Source: Phoronis australis | Taxonomy: Eukaryota > Animalia > Phoronida | NCBI GenBank assembly: GCA_002633005.1 | Contig: NMRA01000451.1 | Coordinates: forward strand, 290,892 to 354,891 | Reading direction: 5' to 3' | DNA: 64,000 nucleotides | Shown here: one piece after another, positions 13,580 to 26,998 of the stretch | Layout of the letters: each line of letters begins with the position of its first letter | Position numbering within the stretch: the stretch's first letter is position 1 | Position numbers and translations under genes: made by a program | The notes under the pieces: generated by a model | What the model was told of the DNA's origin: nothing | What the model saw: only the letters and a program-made list of their open reading frames with translations | Databases searched by the model: none

Positions 13580-13895
13580 AAATACCCACCCTTGTTGGCA
13601 ACACATCCCTACTAACCACCCACTCGAAGTTGCCAACACTTCTCTACCAACTACCCAGTCAAGTTTGCGACGTACCCCTACTAACTACCCAGTCAAGTTG
13701 GCAACATGCTCCTACTAACTACCCAGTCAAGTTGGCGACATGCTCCTACTAACTACCCAGTCAAGCTGGCAATATGCCCCTACTAACTACCTACTCAAGC
13801 TGGCAATATGCCCCTACTAACTACCTACTCAAGCTGGCAATATGCCCCTACTAACTACCCACTTAAGCTTGCAACACATCCCTACAAACCACCCG
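13580..13895. repeat. Minisatellite, 34-bp unit (ctactaactacccagtcaagttggcaacatgctc), about 9 copies, in a DNAJC4 intron
   Basis: Period of 34 measured at 13681/13715/13749. Confidence 0.95.
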
Positions 13896-14383
13896 CTATG
13901 TGACCTTTACTTAAGTAACTGATTAAATTTATTTTATCAGGCATTACTCTTTGACACCTTGTTTATTAGGGTTCGTTGTTATAAATAATTTGCAAACAAA
14001 ATGCTGAACACGTGAACCATGTTTTAGATGATTTCAATTGAGAAATGTCGCATAATTATGAATTGAACAATGACTTGAACAGTTCAATTCAGTTGTCAAA
14101 GAATAAGCTTGCTAAGAAAGTCTTGCAAATGAAACTTCTAGCAATACATTAAGTTAGTGTACCCAGAGGACTGACAGGCCGTTGCTCATTTGTTAATGTA
14201 AGCTAATTTCCATAATCAGCAAAGTAATGGACAGGTTTATTTCCTGATATAGTGGTTTTATCTGTTTTTACTTTGAAGATCTCCAAGTTTATTTCCTGTT
14301 GTATTGTTCTTACCACCTGTCTGTGTTTGTCACAGAAGGGCAGTTGAAACAGATCTGTTTAAAATGTTTTTCAATCATTTTAG

Positions 14384-14486
14384 GCTTTGCTCCAGTTTTT
14401 CCTGCGACCATTACAATGTGCTAGGTGTTCACCGTGATGCCACAAAGGAAGAAATAAGAGACGCCTTCGTGAAACTTTCCAAAGAG
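14384..14486 (+). CDS. DNAJC4: DNAJC4-like exon 2, N-terminal half of J domain (DHYNVLGVHRDATKEEIRDAFVKLSKE)
   Basis: J-domain helix I-II motif; acceptor tttag and donor GAG|gtaaac. Confidence 0.95.
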
Positions 14487-15289
14487 GTAAACTGTACATG
14501 TTCAACAAGACCAGTCATAAAAGTACTGCTTACTTACGTGTGCTATGCATAAAAGTATTATTTACGTCCATCTGTTGCCATAGAAGAATACACCTTATAA
14601 TGTCAATGTTGTGCAGCATGTGATGTATCTTATGAATAAAATGTATGCAATCAGCTTACGTTGTTTAGTTGTCTTTAGAATAGTTATAGGATATTCAGCG
14701 AATTGTTTCTTGTGTTTATACAGAACCTCAGCACATAAGACCAACAGTAAGTCATTCATGCAAGAGTAGCATTTAAATTTCTTTTCCAACTGCATGTCGT
14801 GCTGAGGTGTAGAAACAATGTTTTTGGTTGTAGTTTTTATTGGGTTATCTACGCAACATTCTTGCACCAGTTGAGATTTATCCGTCCTGATTTTGATTGG
14901 AAAGAAGCCTTAGGCAGTCTGTGAATTAGGAGCCCTTTTGAAATATGGTTGCCTTTCTAAACTTGGTATAAGCAAAGCTGCATTTTGACCTGTTTAATTG
15001 ACTAAAAATGAAAATAGAATTTGGCCTTATACTCTCCAGTGTTCTCCACAACTTGTTTTGACTCGTCACTGCGCCGACTTTGAATTTTGCCATGACGAGT
15101 TTGGCTTCCTTGCATCAAGTTTGAAAACTGATGCAACGAGTTTAAAGTTTTTGGAGATTAGCACGTTTTGGTATCAGTTCAATGCATTATTCCAAAACTC
15201 AAACTTCCCACAGTAAGGACATTTACATGAATTTTGCAATTCCAGTCGAGTTAATGTCTGCTAATGTGGCGTACAGTGCTCTTGTAAAA

Positions 15290-15480
15290 TCTCACAGTAT
15301 TCCTTGCCTTGATAGGATTCTATTTCTGTTAGAAACTGAAGTCACAGACAATGGGTACGTGCGCATTTTCAAATTCAGAATTTTAGGGTTGGCCAATCTC
15401 AATAAATTCTGTGGTGTTTTCTTGAATCGCTGACGGTTTCAGTGCTCTCGTTGGAAATGGAAATAGTATCCAATCGCGGG
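15290..15480 (+). repeat. Interspersed repeat, second copy at about 59045-59235
   Basis: Shared attcctt(g/a)ccttgataggatt...aattttaggg(t/a)tggccaa...caataaa. Confidence 0.8.
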
Positions 15481-16201
15481 AAAAAATATTACTCAATCTT
15501 TGTTTGTTTGGCCAGCTAAACAGTGTGAACTGCAATTTCTAAGTGTATGTTGTGGGTATGCAATGGGTCAAAAAACGTTCACAAAATTATTAAAAATGTC
15601 AATACTTGAATGTAGTTTTATTGGGAAGTAATGGCATTTTTCTTGTTCCTTGACTTCCAAATTTGGTATTTAGATGTTAGAAGAAGTACCTAAGTTGACT
15701 CTGTTTGCAGAGAACAAGAGTTTTAGATTTCTGCCATGGGCAGGTCCAGATATCGAAGATTTTTCAACAAAGCTGATGCACTGTGGTGGCAGACAATTAA
15801 AACAACCATTTCCATGTCTTCTGCAGCGGAAATTGTTCAATTTGAACAAAGAATGTAGTGGTTGGGGGGCTTTTGTAGTGCTTGCCTAGGTTTTAAGAGA
15901 GTCAGATGTGCAGTGTCGGAAACAATCCGTTTGATGTTGCTTTGTAGTTTGGATCAATTGTGGCATCTTCCTAACATCTGTGTTTTGCAATTCAAGAAAC
16001 TGGGATTCCTGCAATACAAAAACACTATTAATTCCTAGTAAAACCATTGTGTGGTTTTCACATCTTGGAGTATTTTTGTGAACTTTTAGCACGTCCTTTA
16101 CTTATGTGAAAGTCTCAAACTATGTGCACTTATTACTCTACAGCCTTTGCACTATAACACTCTTGACAGTCATATTTGAATATTACACTTCCTTGTTACA
16201 G

Positions 16202-16407
16202 CTGCACCCTGACCGTAACCCTGACGATCCTAATACACATTATAAATTTGTCCAACTCAATGAGGCCTACTCCATCTTGAGCAAGCCCAAGTCGAGGGGA
16301 GACTATGATATACAGTTATGGATGCACCGCCAACAGAGGGCAGCACAAGCAGCTACTTCCTATTCCTATAGTAGCTCTCACAGGCCTGGTACAGGCTTTA
16401 CATCTGA
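16202..16407 (+). CDS. DNAJC4: DNAJC4-like exon 3, HPD motif and rest of J domain
   Basis: LHPDRNPDDPNTHYKFVQLNEAYSILSKPKSRGDYD; acceptor ttacag, donor gtgagt; starts in phase 0. Confidence 0.95.
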
Positions 16408-16648
16408 GTGAGTTGATAAAATTTTGGTTTTGACAGTCATCACTAAATAGCAGAATCTCAAGTTTGCCAAGGTTTTCCAGCCCATAGTCAAAACTGTTGA
16501 CTTAAGTGTGATCAATAGATCCAACTTACTTAAGTTTTTACAAAATGGTGCTTCAATCATGGTAAAAAGTCACCCAATTCTCATTAGTTCCAGCTTAGAT
16601 TTTGATGAAGAGTACCAAAATTGTGAGTTTGCTAACGTTTAATTTTAG

Positions 16649-16843
16649 GTCTGATTATGACGAACGAATCTTCTGGGATGAAACCGTGTTTCATATGCGC
16701 GATCGGTCAAAGGACAAGAGTGACATAAAAGATGATGAGTACTATGGGATAAAGGGAATCAAGAAACTGTCCAACTCTGCCATAGTCTGGGCCTGTCTTA
16801 TATTTGCCAGTGTTGGTGCATTCCTTCAGTTTGGAATCTTAAC
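16649..16843 (+). CDS. DNAJC4: DNAJC4-like exon 4 with predicted transmembrane helix
   Basis: SDYDERIFWDET...YYGIKGIKKLSNSAIVWACLIFASVGAFLQFGIL; acceptor ttttag, donor gtaaga; phase 2-2. Confidence 0.9.
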
Positions 16844-17873
16844 GTAAGACATATTATTCATCTTCTTGTCAACTGTTTCCAGGCTGAGCTTTTGCAAATT
16901 GGCGGCTTCTCTTGCATTCATTGTGCATAGTTTTCGCTACTATATGAGTTGAAAGAACAATCAGTACACACCCCTTATTGGGATTGCTTGTCACTTGGGA
17001 ATGATGCCTAATACCCTGTTTGGATTTGGAGTTTTTATGAGAAGGAAGATCAGCTACTTAACATGACTGTTCACAAGGGCCTCCTATCACCCATCTTTCA
17101 AGTTATTAGCATAACATTAGTATGTGAAGTGCTGAATATTTTAGTCAATCACATATGATCACGGGCGAACACGCTTCAGCTTTACCTTTGGATACATTAG
17201 AACATTCTCACAGAAAGAACACATATCTGCCATCTGGTTTGGGAAGTAACATGCTAGAACAGACAGCTGACGAGTGTTCGTGTGTAACAATTTTTCTTCA
17301 GATGCCCGATCTGCCTTCTGGTCGAAGAGTATGTGAACAGTGTATAAGGTCCGAGATGCTTGCTGTCAAAAATGAAGTAGTTGTTTTGCCAGATGAAAGC
17401 GTTCAGTTACTTTAAAGTTGCTGAACCCGAGTCTGGCGAATAAGGCGGCTTAAATTCAAATTAAACTGAATTTCCTGAAATGTTATATATCTACTAACGA
17501 ATCATGATCTTTGATACAGGCAAAAAAATCCCTAAAGTTGCTTGTCCTTGTAATCACTATCATTAAATGTGGATCTGTGGCTAGTATTAGAGAATGCAGG
17601 GACATATGACTTTGGGGATTTTGTGTACGTACCTGTATCATAGATCAGGATTCATTTCGACGTGTAAAATACTAAAATTTTGTTTTAATTTGAAGTTTAG
17701 CTGTCATATTTGCCAAACGTGGGCATTAGCAACTTAAAGTAAATCAGTGAACTTGGATTTCTGCATATGCTGTGTCTTTTTGCCTTACTGTGAACAGTCA
17801 GTATATGGGAAGACAATATGTTGTTGAGTAGCCCACAGTGCTGCTACAGCCTGCCCTCTGTTGTTATTTACAG

Positions 17874-17960
17874 GAGTTCTTCAAAGCATAGCATGAGTAG
17901 AATGAAGGAACATGACATAAAGGCTGGTCGCGCTCACAGGCAGGCTAGGGAACGAGCAAG
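17874..17960 (+). CDS. DNAJC4: DNAJC4-like exon 5 (SSSKHSMSRMKEHDIKAGRAHRQARERAR)
   Basis: Acceptor tttacag, donor AAG|gtaaca; open in the expected phase; resembles the post-TM region of the family. Confidence 0.85.
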
Positions 17961-18923
17961 GTAACAGTACTTTTAATTAGTATTGGCAAATATTTATGAT
18001 CCCTACTTTTAACTACTTTCTGTTCAGTTTTGGCACAGAGTTAATTTCATGAATTAGAAAAGCATCTAGTTGTTTCAAGTGCTAAGAAGTCATGCTAACT
18101 GTATCAAATGTTTTGACATTGTCAGGTAGCACTTTGGATCCACTTTGAGACCAGAAAAAATTTGTTCTGGGAAAGGCAATGTCTTTTAAGGTCTAAATAT
18201 TAATTCTTAACTAAAATACTTTGGGGTTTGAAAACATTATCATGTTGCTGAAGTCACAGGCAATATGTACCCATGATGCCACTTTCAAATTTGCAATGTT
18301 AGTGTTTGCTAGATAGGTGGATTGGGTATAATTTGGATACAGACTTTGTTTGGATGTGGTATAAAAATGTTTCATGTTTTAAGCCCTCCTTTGATAGGTA
18401 AATGAAGGGTGTACAATTCTAGCTCTACATATAAATGTGGATATCATTTTTTCAATTTGTCCAGGTATAGATATCACCCCAGATTTGGAAGCTTGTTTAC
18501 ACCCTTAACCCTAAAATGAGTTCCCACTCTAGTCACTTTAACTGCTCCACCTTTTTCTTATATTTTCCTACTTTTTAAATATTTTTATGGACTGTCTGGC
18601 TTAGGTTCTTCTGTTTTTGTGGAAAGTTGTTTGGAGAACAATAGTAATGAGGAAAGCAGGTTTATTCATCTTGGAATTAGATTTAAAAACAGTGACTCCT
18701 CAACAGATTTGCTCCAAGTTTGGTCATTGTTGTAAAGTCTTGATTACTATCTAGGTTCCTCTTGCTGAGGGAAGTAAAGCAGACAGTCTCCGATTCATGT
18801 CCCAGTAAAGAGAAAAATCTGTTAAGATTTGAGATCATAATATCAGGTTGTGGTAGAGGATAATCATATTGCTCACTTTTTGGACTATTTTTAGAACTAT
18901 TGTTGTCATTGGTTATTGCGCAG

Positions 18924-19001
18924 GTTACATGGAAATCAACTACAGCTCGAGTTGTTGAGAAAACGGGCAATAGCCCAGGCTAGTACACAGTCAGACTCCA
19001 G
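18924..19001 (+). CDS. DNAJC4: DNAJC4-like exon 6 (LHGNQLQLELLRKRAIAQASTQSDS)
   Basis: Acceptor gcgcag, donor CAG|gtatgt; the GN-QLE-L motif resembles invertebrate DNAJC4 C-termini. Confidence 0.85.
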
Positions 19002-19620
19002 GTATGTTGTGATTGAGTGGTGGACAGGCTGTATTGACCATGTCCTATGCTACTGTGATATATTTGTGATATTATGGACTTCTGCATGCATTAAAACACT
19101 CTGTTAATTTAACAACGTGAGTGTGTAATGTGCACCCAAATCACCATCTCTCATTTAGATAGTATTCGCCGTTGTCATGCTATTTGATGCAGGCCACTCT
19201 GTTTCCTGGCCACAAGGAAATGGAGAAATGGTGCAAAAACAAGGAACTTCAATCCGTGAAATTGTTTAAATTGTGTTTTGAACATTCTTTTGGAACACAC
19301 TAACTACTTACACAACTAATTCAAGGAATGTAGCTTCATTCCTTTATAAGAATGAGTAGCATTGTTTAAGCTGTCACGCAAAGGCTTTCTAGTGTGCTTT
19401 CACTTTTGAGTCGAATGTACAACAACAGCCAGAATTGAGTTATTTTGCATCCATACTTATGAGGAAAATCCTTGGCCACTCCATTGGCATGATGTGAACG
19501 GCCTCGCCCAACTTCATTTCAGTATTATGACATTAATAGTTTCTTATTGCTGTTGTACATGAAACACGTTCTTGCTTCAAAACCGTATTTAATGATCGTA
19601 CATAAATTTTTCTATTTCAG

Positions 19621-19624
19621 ATGA
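19621..19624 (+). CDS. DNAJC4: DNAJC4-like terminal exon: one coding base plus TGA, followed by 3' UTR
   Basis: Strong acceptor aaattttttctatttcag; AG+A gives Arg, then TGA. Confidence 0.65.
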
Positions 19625-19812
19625 CATTGGTGGCCCGTTTAGCAAGTGAATGGTGTGGGACTACTTGTTGGTGTAGGATTGCATTGTGAACTTTGTTAAT
19701 AACAGAGATTTTTGGTGGATGTGTGTGATCATGACTTAAACAGAATTTTAGCTTTGAAACCTTGTGTTATATCAACATAGTTAACATCCATCTAGGTATT
19801 TTCGTCAGATTG

Positions 19813-19970
19813 CAGTGGTGGATTTAGGGATGGCAAAGGGGGCCATGCCCCCCCCCCAAAAAAAATTCTCCCATTTTCCATTTGACAGTTTGGGGGTGTG
19901 AATGTCTGACGGGCAAAATCCTGGTTAGTACTTTGCTCTGGCCCCCCTCAAAATCCTGGATCCACCTCTG
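19813..19970. mobile_element. MITE, CAG(G/T)GGCGGAT family, in the probable DNAJC4 3' UTR
   Basis: Same body as the 43711 and 45127 copies; TSD gattg/ggttg. Confidence 0.85.
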
Positions 19971-22256
19971 GGTTGTATGTCAAGTTTTATTTTGAACTGG
20001 TTCTGTCATAACTTGGTTGCAGATTCTTGTTTCGTTTATTGGTAAATGAAATGAAGTCAGGATACTTTCAGTAGCAAGCAAAGTTTGACACTCCATGAGT
20101 GACGTTTTAGCTATTGATGATGACTAGAGTTGATTACTCTCCTACCTCTGTCTAGGAGTAAAGTTTGGTGCATGAAAATGTAATATGACAGGCTTGTAGT
20201 GTATGACAGAAAGGTATCTGTAAGAGCTAGTTCTGGTGGGACGATTGTGCCTAAATTAGTCGCTGCAAAAAAATTTAATTTTGTATGTGAAATGGCCAGT
20301 GTTCCAATTGGTGTTGGCTTTTGAAGGCGAATCACTTACAAGGAAATATGTATTCACTGAAGTTTACGTTTGTAGTAAGGCATGCAAAAGCAATGACCCA
20401 AGCCACTTTTTGTTGACAACAGATGGCTCTGCCTCTCCGTGTTATATGTTTGGTTACTGATAACCAGTTCACTTGTACCGAAATCATTAATTTCTAGATT
20501 TTACTAGTCTTGAAATCGTTATGCTTTGAGCTGTGAGAAGTACTATAGGTAGTACCTGATGAACAACATAGCTGAAGTAGCATATGCTATGAGCCCCGTG
20601 GTTTTTTGGGGCCCCGTGCTTACAGCATTTTGGAGGCACCAAAATCATAAACGTATACGCCTATATTAGAACTGGCCTCAAGTGATACAAACTCCATATG
20701 GAAAGTTTGTGTTGGGGCACCACCATTTTCAATACTTGTTGGGTCAAGGGTGCCAGTTAATGATGTTCAAAGAATTGTAAGTGTTGTAGTGCTGCTCAAT
20801 GCTTAAGTGTGCAGACACAAAAAAGCTGGCCCTCAAGAATGTAGAGACCCAAGGCGCCAGGAATCCATTGAATTTACAGTTTGATTGAGGTTGTTGAGAT
20901 ATTGAGCAACAAAATAAATTTGCAAAACTTGAATTTGCACGAAATCCATTTATTCATGACAAAGGTAGCTTTTTTGATATGGTAATTGGCACAAGCGTGG
21001 GCCCTGATTGGCGGTGTGTGAATTATCTTGAAATCGCCGAAGCCGATCAACTGCTACCGTTGCCCACTGCAGTGGGCACACTGTCTCATCATGCCTGTAG
21101 AATCCATCTCAATTTCTTTCTGTCTCAAAAGTGAAAATTCCTCATGTTTTGCTTTTCCTTTGAGATAGTTTTTGTATGAGTATATGAGTAGGGGCCCCCG
21201 CACTTGGACTGGTGCTATGACACCGCAAATGCTTAATCCGCCACTGAGTGTAGGCCAGTGTTGGCCATGATGCAGCTTGCTGAAGTTTTCATGAGATAAA
21301 TTGTGAAGTGTGGTGGACAGTGGACTGACCAATACTGAGATATTTAAGGTTTCAGCCTGAGAGTAACTTAAAACACGTGATAATAGGCATATAAGATTTT
21401 ATTGAAAGGTGTTCATGTATCCCGTATTGGTCGACATTGAAATAAACACAAAAATTTATAGTAGTGTCTCCATTTGACAGTACACAGAGATCAGTTCACA
21501 CGGTGCAGATAAAGACTCGTACATAGAATCTGTCACCTCCTGCCGGTGACAGTAGAAATTAGCTGAGTGTCCATCAAAAATATTTGTAAAATCCTTTTGT
21601 CTCGTCATTTGCATTTCAACAGTGACGAAATGGTCGAAAATAATGTGCACATTTTCGCGGAATGTGGCGCCGTCTATTGGTCACAGTATTCAGTCACTTC
21701 TTCCTAGGTCAAGTGGCCAACTGTAAGAAGAAATCGATGTGAGGTATTGAGACAGATATCGTATTTTTGTCTATGTCTTATAATTTCTATTTTCCCATTG
21801 CAAAAATTTCACCGGGGTTGGAGGTCAAATATTCCAGTGAATTCATCAGACAAGCCGGCTGATTTTCATTCAAGGGATACTTAACATCCATATAGATGGG
21901 ATGAACTAGACGTGTCGCACACGTGCGTAGGTCTTTCACCACGTCCAGATTCCCTATGACTTAAGAGGTGCCTTTTTCGATTTAAATCGTAAAAGGATTA
22001 AAAACTTAAGGAAGGGGTCTCGTAAGATATTTACCATGGAACGTCCTTGTAGTGGTTTCTTATCATGTTCAGGTTCGTTGGATTACAAATACTTAGTCTT
22101 GTAGGGATTAAACCGGTGCACCATGTCCAAATACGACGAGTCACCGTAAGCTGATTTGATTAGACACTTCCTACAAACGTGCTAATCTTAATGCCAACGT
22201 TTTAAAGCCACTACAATTGTGAACCATGCTTTGGTGTTAAAACGCCAACTTTCTTT

Positions 22257-22440
22257 CTCCATGATAGCAAGTAACAGCATATGTTCACGAAAACAACAAC
22301 GGATTTAAAACTGTATCTGTGCTTCATTACTTGTTGCTGGGCCTAGCTAGGTGGCCACTTTATTATGACTTCTGAGGATGGTGTTTAATAAATGACACCG
22401 AAACATGTCAAGTTTAAATCCGTTGTTGTTTTCGTGAACA
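22257..22440. mobile_element. Foldback/MITE, related to the copy at 56313-56698
   Basis: 28-bp inverted repeat tgttcacgaaaacaacaacggatttaaa; shared core gggcctagctaggtggccact and gacaccgaaacatgtcaagt. Confidence 0.8.
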
Positions 22441-23056
22441 ACTTTCTTTACAAGCTCATTTGCTCTTCTAAAGCAAGGTCGTCGCGTTCTTATTCGACTG
22501 AGTTTGAATTGAAATTGTTACAGTAATGCCTGGAATTTCCCTGCCTGCCATCCTGCCTTGGCCACTGAAACTAACCCGCCGTGTGAAGCAATTAAGGGAG
22601 CCTAATGCGCGTCCAAAGTGATAACGCAGTGTCAGCTCTTCTCAAGTTTAAAAACGATTTCTATGAGTAAGGAATCAGATGGCACCAATCTAATAACTGA
22701 GTGACCTAAATCAAAAATTGTTTTTCACACTAACTGTGGGTTTTTCGTCCCCGGTATATTGTCGGTCGGGGTACTTATCTTGCTGACTTTCTTCAAGGTT
22801 CGGGTGGGACTCTCCGTCAAACAGTAGCAACAACCTCTGAAGCTGACAAAGACAAACTGGCCATGTTACAGAGAACTCTACCAAGTTGTCGGTCAACCGA
22901 GATACACAAGGGTGGACATCAAGTGACCGAGATTTCTATAGCAGCCATTCCACCAGCTGTTCAATCGCGCCGAAATCATCTTCGGTAGAACGAACTGTCA
23001 GTTCTTTGCAAGACCAAAAAATCACGTTTCATCGAAGTAAGGAACAAATTGAGACC

Positions 23057-23680
23057 AATTATATAGCGCAAAGTGGTCTAAATCCTTACTTACGGTCACC
23101 CCTTGCGTACAATCACAAGACTAAGATCGAGCTCGGAGAAGCAGGAGAACCCTTTGTACAATTCCCGATTGTCCGCAAGTCATAACCAGGTTTTGAACCT
23201 GGGTCTCCCTCACAGGAGTCGGTGGCCGGTTGCATGAAACGTCCCTATTAGGGATTCAACTAAGTTCGCTAAATGTTAGGCATATTTGTTTCGTCCATAA
23301 CTCACATGTGTAATGTTCTGCTATCATGTTACCCTTGTTACGAGGTCCTCTTTGACTAATGACATTTTCTAATAAAATATTATAACTGAGCCCTTATTTC
23401 AGTCAAAACAATTAGGGACATAGTCCTTAAATTAGGGGCGTTGCATGAAAATATCCTTGTTTATTTTCAACAATATTGGGAATTCGACGTAGAGTTCACT
23501 CTCGATTTGTATCAAAGCCAAAAATTTGCCTAGTGATGAGACTCAAACAGCAGAAGAAATGACAATCAGTGTTTTCACAAGCCCACAAATACACAGTAGA
23601 TTTAGGGAAGTTGGACGAGTCCCTATATGGGACTGTTCCATGCAACCGGGCACTCAGTGGTGCTCAAACCACTGAGCTAC
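23057..23680 (-). mobile_element. tRNA-derived SINE, interrupted by a MITE
   Basis: Minus strand shows an A box (gtagctcagtggttt), a B box (ggttcaaaacc) and a gcgctatataa tail. Confidence 0.7.
23222..23653. mobile_element. PIF/Harbinger-like MITE nested in the SINE head
   Basis: About 35-bp TIR gtg(g/c)ccggttgcatg(a/g)aac..; 3-bp TSD tcg/tca. Confidence 0.75.
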
Positions 23681-23941
23681 ACTGTCTTCTTGAAAGCGAA
23701 ATTACAAAATTTGTAACCGTTTGAGTTCTTTCGGCTCAAACACTGCGCAAATTTTCGACACCGATCCTTGTTTTAGTGAAATCCTCATTACTGAAGGCGA
23801 CATTAATGTTGTTCCCGTTTTCTTTGCGTAAGGTGTTAGTTTTGAGAAGTAGAAGACATTTAGACAAAAGAAAAATGAGTTATTTTAACACATGAACACG
23901 TGAAAAACATGGAAAGGAATAAGGAAGACAGACAGATTATA

Positions 23942-23959
23942 AATAAAGTGATCTTTATT
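23942..23959. terminator. Candidate polyadenylation signals on both strands; likely SMOC 3' end
   Basis: AATAAAG-tgat-CTTTATT. Confidence 0.45.
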
Positions 23960-26900
23960 AAAATACAATAATTTACAGTACAAATGTTAATAAGAAGTCA
24001 CGCAGTGAAAGGTACGCAAGTCACTCAGGCGGTATGTTTTCAAAGATTAAACTGTACAATGACTTTCAATACTCATTTGCGCGGACCTTAGCGCGTGCAC
24101 TCTGAGCGTGCTGACACGCAGCTTGTGATCGCATTTGTATAACCATAAGACGATTGTCGACTGGTTTGCATTAAAAATGACCGTTTTGTGACCCCAAAAC
24201 ATATCTTTGTTCAATCAGGGCATCTTGTGGAAGTTTGGGTATAAAAATAGTAGGTGACTGACCGAACTAGAGATCGAAAGTCCAAACGAAGCCTCCGTTC
24301 ATGAATTACTTAGTGGAGATAATAACATAATAACATAATAAAACAATTATTGACTTATACACTCGACTCCGCCTAGACCAATATCACAATTTCGAGGTCT
24401 GAAAACCAACACATTGGCCTCGGTGAAGTCAATAATTATAAAGATACGTTATGACCCACTCATTTCGAAACAATGAGGTTCGTGCGAGGGGCATCTTTTT
24501 TAAAAACAGTGTTTAAAGGGTGGCCTAAACTGTTTCATAATAATAAGTTTTATAAATGACATAAAAGAAATGGCGATTTTTTTCTTCCAGTTTTCTGACC
24601 TAGTCGCCAAAAGGAAAGTTGATACAAATGTTAAATTTTGTACGTCGATTATATACCGATGAGGAAATTTAGCGTTCGTGTTCAAAGTGAGTGTGGCAAC
24701 AGTGTCGTAACGGGTGACCGTCCCAGCAGAGTCAAAGTTGGTTTTTCTTTTTCCTACTGACTCTGCACCGGGATTCTGTATTTACTCGTGGGTTTGAAAA
24801 TTCCCGTCACTAAATTGTTTTGCGACACCCAAATGTGACGTGACCGCTTTCTAACTAGTAATCTGCGCGCAGAAATATTAGTTTGATCAACTGGGACCGG
24901 CAAAGTGGCATAAACAACTGACCGTCTGCTCCTTGTGAAAACAATGATTAACAACAATAGCCAAGTGACGTTTCTATCGGATGATGCCACTGCTGGTAAC
25001 TGGCTTGTAATTTTCATGCAGCAGAAACCAAAACAATGTTACATGGACGCAATTATTACTACAGGTCAGGGACAATAGAGAGTAGACTTCAATAACGCTA
25101 GTACCTCTTGTCAGAAAAACAAGGTCTCTTGAGATTCCGCGAGATATTGGCGTGCATTTTCAATGAGAGCTTGTGGTTTTGGGCTAGAATTTTCTCCCCG
25201 CGAGACAGCTATTAAACTTGCTGAGATATACCTAGCAGTATAAATGTGGATAGACTAGAAGTAGGTACACAAATAAGCAAGAAATGTTAGAGTCTGACAG
25301 AAGATAAACAGAGGAAAAATATGAAAACTTGTCAGACTGTTACAATAAAAGTGAAATGAATAAAAGATTTCTCTTTAGTGTTCGTAACCTTTTTCTATTA
25401 TAAAGCATTAAGATATAAGTGCATGTAGTGCCATTTTCCACTCACAGCAAGAAATACGTTATCTGCTCAAAAGCGTCTGGGTGAAAAGAGAAATCTTTGC
25501 AGACATTTTATTAGATAGAAGATGTGATGTTCACAATAGAGAATTCGTTTTTTAGAAAAATGAAAAAACTCCATGTACGAGTACCAGGGAAAGTTTCCCA
25601 ATGACTGCACCTGATTAACACTGACTAAGAAATCAGATTGGTTTGTACGCCGGGAATCGTCGTGGAGAACGAATCACGTGTCTTAGCCATTGAACAAGAA
25701 AATCAAGTGTTGCCATTATGCCACGTTCACGCAACGCGACATCCTTACTTTTGCCGATCTGCGCATGTCTGCACACATTTCCGGTCTATTGAGAAGGTCT
25801 ACAATAAACCCAGGGCTGCACTCCGCAGACGCAAAACAATAAAGCGTTATCTGACGAAGATCTGCGTGATCTTGCTTTACCTCAAGCAGTTTTCGTCTAC
25901 GGAACGCAGCGCAGGTGACGTGTTTAAATGCAGGTAACAATGCAGTCACGCTTGATCATTTGACATTGAATTTTTGTCCAATTGGTTTTCAAAAACCCTA
26001 ATATGAAGTTAGAAAAACGACAGACTGAAGAAATTAGTAACAGCATGAGAAAATGTGCCAATGATGCAGATACGTCGTTTCATTAGCGGGTCAACAGTCA
26101 CCAATCGCGTTCACGCACATCTCCAGAATTGATTGGAGTACTACCCCTTGAGATACGTACTAAATGGATTTTTCCCCTTCATTTTGTGTCGCAGCGGTAA
26201 ACCAGCAGCTGGCTCTGAAAGGCAACAATTGCAAAGTTAGGCATGCCCGGCGTCTGATTAGTGTTCATTATATTCTTAAGAAAATAGCACTACTGTATGG
26301 AGGTGTAGTGTTTGTTGCCGTTTTAATTTCAAGAAAAGGCCAGGGAATATCCCTTCAGGGTGATTTTTCTGTAGTTTTTTATTATCAAATTAAATAGTTG
26401 TTCCAAAAGAACAGGCACTGGGTGCTGCTCTTATAGAATAAGGACGCACAATTTCTACAAATAAAAATGAAGTCAAAACAAATCACAGAAATCACTTTGC
26501 ATTCATGAGAGGTAGTCACCGACTCGCAAGCTAACGGTAGCGAGACAGGCTGTTCATTGTCAAACAGTTAGTTTTATAGCCACCCGTTTATTAGCGGACT
26601 CACAAAGAACGTTTTAAAACCAGGATACCTGGAAACAATGAGTCCTACCGGACTTAGTAACTATCGGTACTTTTTGAAAATTTCCGAAAGATCGTCACAG
26701 GAAACTCCTATTTTATTTGGAGGAACTTATTCAAAAGTTTACTTAGCTTTGATAAAAAGTAAAGAAACTGTTTCTGTGTCAAACTCCATGTTCTTACAAG
26801 GTTCAGAGGACGCCACCCACTAATTTGAAATCAAATAGTGTGGTCATCCGGAACCTTTCGTTTAAGAAGACTCGAAAAATGTGACAAATCATTGCTGTTG

Positions 26901-26998
26901 TCCACCAAGATACAAAAAACACAGTTCATCAAAAGCGTTGGACTTGTGCCTCCCACTCTATATGGTTATGTTGCGTGACATTGACAACTCTGATCACA

